From Nitrospirota bacterium (GTDB taxonomy: Bacteria > Nitrospirota > Nitrospiria > Nitrospirales > Nitrospiraceae): 64,000 nt of DNA. Under the pieces are notes generated by a model. It saw only the letters and a list, made by a program, of their open reading frames with translations. It had not been told where the DNA came from and made no database searches. Below, in pieces: positions 59,660 to 64,000 of this stretch. The translations under genes and the position numbers were made by a program. Numbering within the stretch: position 1 is the first letter of the stretch; each line of letters starts with the position of its first letter. Location of the stretch: the NCBI GenBank assembly GCA_963701855.1, contig CAVPBK010000006.1, forward strand, positions 64,001 to 128,000. The letters are read 5' to 3'.

Positions 59660-62045
59660 CTCCATCTCCGCCTTCTGCCCGATCTCCCGCACGGAACTCC
59701 GCCACATAGGGTGAGTCTTTCAAGTAGTCTCGCAACGACACTTTGAGTTTCCCCGTGCCATGGCCATGAATGATGCGCAGAAACGGCGCGCCAGCCATCG
59801 TCGCACGATCCAGCGCTGCAACCACGTCGTCCAAGGCCTCGTCCGCCGCCTTCCCTCGAATATCTAAAACCGTCTGTTCATCCAGTCCCAGCCCGCCATT
59901 TGACGGGAACCGGCGTGGGCTCGATGGTGGAACTGGCTTCGACGATGCCGCCTGCCCCCGTGCGAGGCCAACAAGATTCGCCACTGTGGCCAGCACTTCC
60001 CCCTCCCCCACCTTCACCCTCACACGCTTCTTCCCTTGTGGCGTTTCGAGCAATGTGCCGGTCATGCCGAGCCCGCTGATCTCGACCTGATCCCCCACCC
60101 CCAACTGCGCAAGCGGAATCGGCGTTCCAGCCGGAGCCAATTCGACTCTCGTCTGCGCCTCGAGTTCGAACAACCGCTGCTTCGCTGCTTTGGCTTTGAT
60201 CAATTTCTGCTCGCCCTTGACGGCATCTACCGTGGCTTGCACTTCAGCTCGCGCGCGACTGAACTGCTCACTGAGTTTTCGCTTAAGGCCCTTCTGCGCT
60301 TCCCGTTCTGTGTCCTTCAAATGAGCCAACTGTGCCTTCGCTCGTTGCTCAGCCTGTTCTGCTTCACGTCTGGCTTCGACAGCGCGGGCCAGGTCGTCAG
60401 TCAACTGCCGCTGCGTGACTTGTAGATGGTGGAGCATCGTTTCCATGACTCGGTCGTCTTTATGGAGCTTCAGTCTCGCCTCATCCAGCAAGGCCCGGTC
60501 CATCCCCAACCAACCGGCAATCTCAAGCGCAGACGATCCACCAGGCACCCCCATGAAAAGTCGATAGGTCGGCGAGAGCGTCGCGACGTCAAATTCGACC
60601 GCGGCGTTTGCGAAGCCTGGCATCGTGTGGGCCAGGGCCTTCAGTGAGCCGTAGTGCGTAGTCGCGACGACTTTCATCCCCAGCGTGGCCAGCCGACAGA
60701 GTAACGCTTCGGCCAAGGCCGCTCCTTCTGTCGGATCGGTCGAGGTGACCGGTTCATCGAGAAGAACCAACCATTGCCGCGGGGCGCCATGTGGGTCGCT
60801 TCTGCGCTGACGGTCTGTTTCATCGAGCAGCTGAATCATCTGAGTCATGTGTGCAGAAAAGCTGGACAGGTCACGAGCCAAGTCTTGGGCATCGCCGATA
60901 TCGGCATAGATGTCGGGGAAAATTGCCATCTCGGACTCCGCGTCACAGGGCAGGTGCAATCCAGCCCGAACCATCAAGGCAAAGAGCCCAACGATCTTCA
61001 GGGTCACAGTTTTCCCGCCCGTATTGGGACCGGAGATAACGAGCACATGAATCAATTCATCCAAGACAATATCGTTGGCAACCACCTGTTCTTTCGACAG
61101 CACGAGCAAGGGATGTCTGGCACGCAGCAACCGTACGCGTCCTTCTGCGTTGAGATCGACTGGATGCGCCTTGAGTTGGCGGCCAAACGATGCCCGTGCC
61201 GAAATACCGTCAAGCACGGCCAGCGCTTCGAGCCCCGCCAGCACAACCTCGGCTTGTGCGGCGACGAGGGCGGACAACTTACGGAGAATGCGGTGCACTT
61301 CCCGCTCAATTTCAAGGTCAGCCACTTTGATCGAATTGTTCAGCTCAACGAGTTCACGCGGCTCGATAAATACCGTCGCTCCGCTGGCCGACACGTCATG
61401 GACGATCCCTGGAACCCGTCCCCGCATATCGGCTTTCACCGGAATAACATAGCGGCCTTCTCGCTGAGCAAAGTACTGTTCTTGGAGAATGTCCTCATAA
61501 CGGCGCGACTGGAGCATCTGATTTACTTGATCGCGCATCTGCTGTTTGAGCCCCTGTGCCTGATGGGTCAATCGACGCAACTCCGGTGTCGCCGATTCCT
61601 TAATCGAGCCGTCAGGATGGATCGCTGCATTCAGTGCGGTTTTTATAGGCCGCCACTCCTCCACCGATTGCAGCGAGTGCGCGGCGGATGCCAGCGCGGG
61701 AGCGTCATGCTGATGCCGCCTCACAAAACTGCTATTCTCCTCCAACAATTCCAGGACTATTGCGGAATCCCGGAGTTCATGAACCTCCAATACTGCCCCT
61801 TTTTTGGCCCGGGCGAGCGGATCCCGAATATCCGGAAATGCCATGGCCGGCAGGGCCTCGCCGGATGCTTGTAGCTGTCCCATCTCCGTCGTTTCCTGTT
61901 GGCGCCGCTGTGAATCCTGGAGGCTGGTCGCCAATTCGAGGGTGCAACAACGCGCCGCTCCCATCGTAGATCGAGCGTGTCCGGCAAGTGCCTCAAGCAG
62001 TCTGGACCACTCCAGCACCTGCATGGTCTTTTCGAAGAGATTCAC
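59637..62045 (-). CDS. mutS2: Endonuclease MutS2
   Basis: GIVHDVSASGATVFIEP, SGPNTGGKT, SSFSAHM, TTHY, C-terminal Smr domain (IIHGHGTG...GGDGVT). Confidence 0.96.
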   Translation of the reverse strand: MNLFEKTMQVLEWSRLLEALAGHARSTMGAARCCTLELATSLQDSQRRQQETTEMGQLQASGEALPAMAFPDIRDPLARAKKGAVLEVHELRDSAIVLELLEENSSFVRRHQHDAPALASAAHSLQSVEEWRPIKTALNAAIHPDGSIKESATPELRRLTHQAQGLKQQMRDQVNQMLQSRRYEDILQEQYFAQREGRYVIPVKADMRGRVPGIVHDVSASGATVFIEPRELVELNNSIKVADLEIEREVHRILRKLSALVAAQAEVVLAGLEALAVLDGISARASFGRQLKAHPVDLNAEGRVRLLRARHPLLVLSKEQVVANDIVLDELIHVLVISGPNTGGKTVTLKIVGLFALMVRAGLHLPCDAESEMAIFPDIYADIGDAQDLARDLSSFSAHMTQMIQLLDETDRQRRSDPHGAPRQWLVLLDEPVTSTDPTEGAALAEALLCRLATLGMKVVATTHYGSLKALAHTMPGFANAAVEFDVATLSPTYRLFMGVPGGSSALEIAGWLGMDRALLDEARLKLHKDDRVMETMLHHLQVTQRQLTDDLARAVEARREAEQAEQRAKAQLAHLKDTEREAQKGLKRKLSEQFSRARAEVQATVDAVKGEQKLIKAKAAKQRLFELEAQTRVELAPAGTPIPLAQLGVGDQVEISGLGMTGTLLETPQGKKRVRVKVGEGEVLATVANLVGLARGQAASSKPVPPSSPRRFPSNGGLGLDEQTVLDIRGKAADEALDDVVAALDRATMAGAPFLRIIHGHGTGKLKVSLRDYLKDSPYVAEFRAGDRAEGGDGVTVVRLR

Positions 62046-62072
62046 CGATACCTCAAGGGAAAATTCGTCGCG

Positions 62073-62261
62073 CTAGGAGCCTGTCTGACATTGCCTTCGT
62101 GACGAGACGAAGGAGGGCCAGGCAGATGCGCGGCCACAGGCCACGAAAAACCGGAGGCGTATTCACTGGAATACGGTGAGGATTTTTCGAGGCCGAGAAC
62201 AACATAGATGCCTGGCCATCATTCGCCGCAGTAGAACGGTCAATGTCGGATAGGCTCCTAG
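62073..62261. mobile_element. MITE with 17-bp terminal IRs flanked by CTAG
   Basis: CTAG-GAGCCTGTCTGACATTG ... CAATGTCGGATAGGCTC-CTAG (15/17 match); internal core resembles family A. Confidence 0.8.
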
Positions 62262-62370
62262 GATCGACGAACTCTAACGAACCCGGCGACAGAGACGCAA
62301 GGCACAGGTCCGTGAGCGGCGCACTCATTCTCTCGGCATCCCGTTGAGGTGGCAGGGGAAACTGCTGTGA

Positions 62371-63501
<1,131 letters not shown>

Positions 63502-63586
63502 GTACCACTGAGGTCAAACCGACCTCAGCCCGATTCTGTTCCATGCTGACTCCTATTTCTGGAATGACCGATTTGACGGAACCGCA

Positions 63587-64000
63587 ATGAGACTGCGCAA
63601 ACAAACGCTCGACGACGTCGTGCTGCGAGACAAGCGTGTCATCATCCGGGCCGACTTCAATGTCCCGTTGGACGATTCGCACCAAATCACCGACGATACC
63701 CGCATTCGTTCGACCCTGCCGACCATCAATCGAGCCATCGACGACGGCGCCAGGGTGATCCTCTGTTCGCATCTCGGCCGACCGAACGGAAAATTCGACT
63801 CCACATATAGTCTGGCCCCGGTGGCAAAACGCCTGGGACGGCTTATGGGCAAAGACATTATATTTGCACCCGATTGCATCGGCCCGGCAGTGGAAGCTCT
63901 TGTCGCCAAGATGAAGCCTGGCGACGTTCTTCTCCTTGAAAACCTCCGATTCCATAAGGGGGAAGAGAATAACGACGACGCCTTTTCGAAAGCGCTGGCG
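63587..64000 (+). CDS. pgk: Phosphoglycerate kinase, N-terminal part (runs off window end)
   Basis: Not in the ORF track. MRLRKQTLDD...RADFNVPL...DDTRI...SHLGRP...LLENLRF. Confidence 0.96.
   Translation, partial: MRLRKQTLDDVVLRDKRVIIRADFNVPLDDSHQITDDTRIRSTLPTINRAIDDGARVILCSHLGRPNGKFDSTYSLAPVAKRLGRLMGKDIIFAPDCIGPAVEALVAKMKPGDVLLLENLRFHKGEENNDDAFSKALA

Overview
This 64-kb window reads like a Nitrospira chromosome (inference from gene content, the repeat families and the AmoC sequence type). An intact stand-alone amoC at 50010-50810 points to a complete ammonia oxidiser (comammox). The backbone carries housekeeping genes: lhr (partial), cca-like, coaE, trxB, thiI, queG, mutS2, gap and pgk (partial). 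There are two accessory zones: about 7.9-12.5 kb (complete IS3 element, orphan genes, a palindrome-flanked gene cassette) and about 38.5-58.8 kb. The most striking structure is a sigma54 module centred on a GAF-PAS enhancer-binding protein. The same tandem palindrome (TGCYGA-N4-TCRGCW) plus a correctly spaced -24/-12 promoter sits upstream of the lone amoC on one side. It recurs upstream of a STAS-like / small membrane peptide / ftsH / Zn-finger cluster on the other, which is followed by an AmoD/AmoE(PmoD)-like gene; an SPFH gene lies nearby. I infer a possible AMO repair or quality-control regulon. Also present: a two-gene bcsA(2xPilZ)-bcsS locus, a recently amplified 7-bladed propeller lipoprotein, many MITE/REP-like repeats, several pseudogenes, and five single-base insertions that look like sequencing errors. 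All calls come from reading the sequence by eye; no database searches were run.
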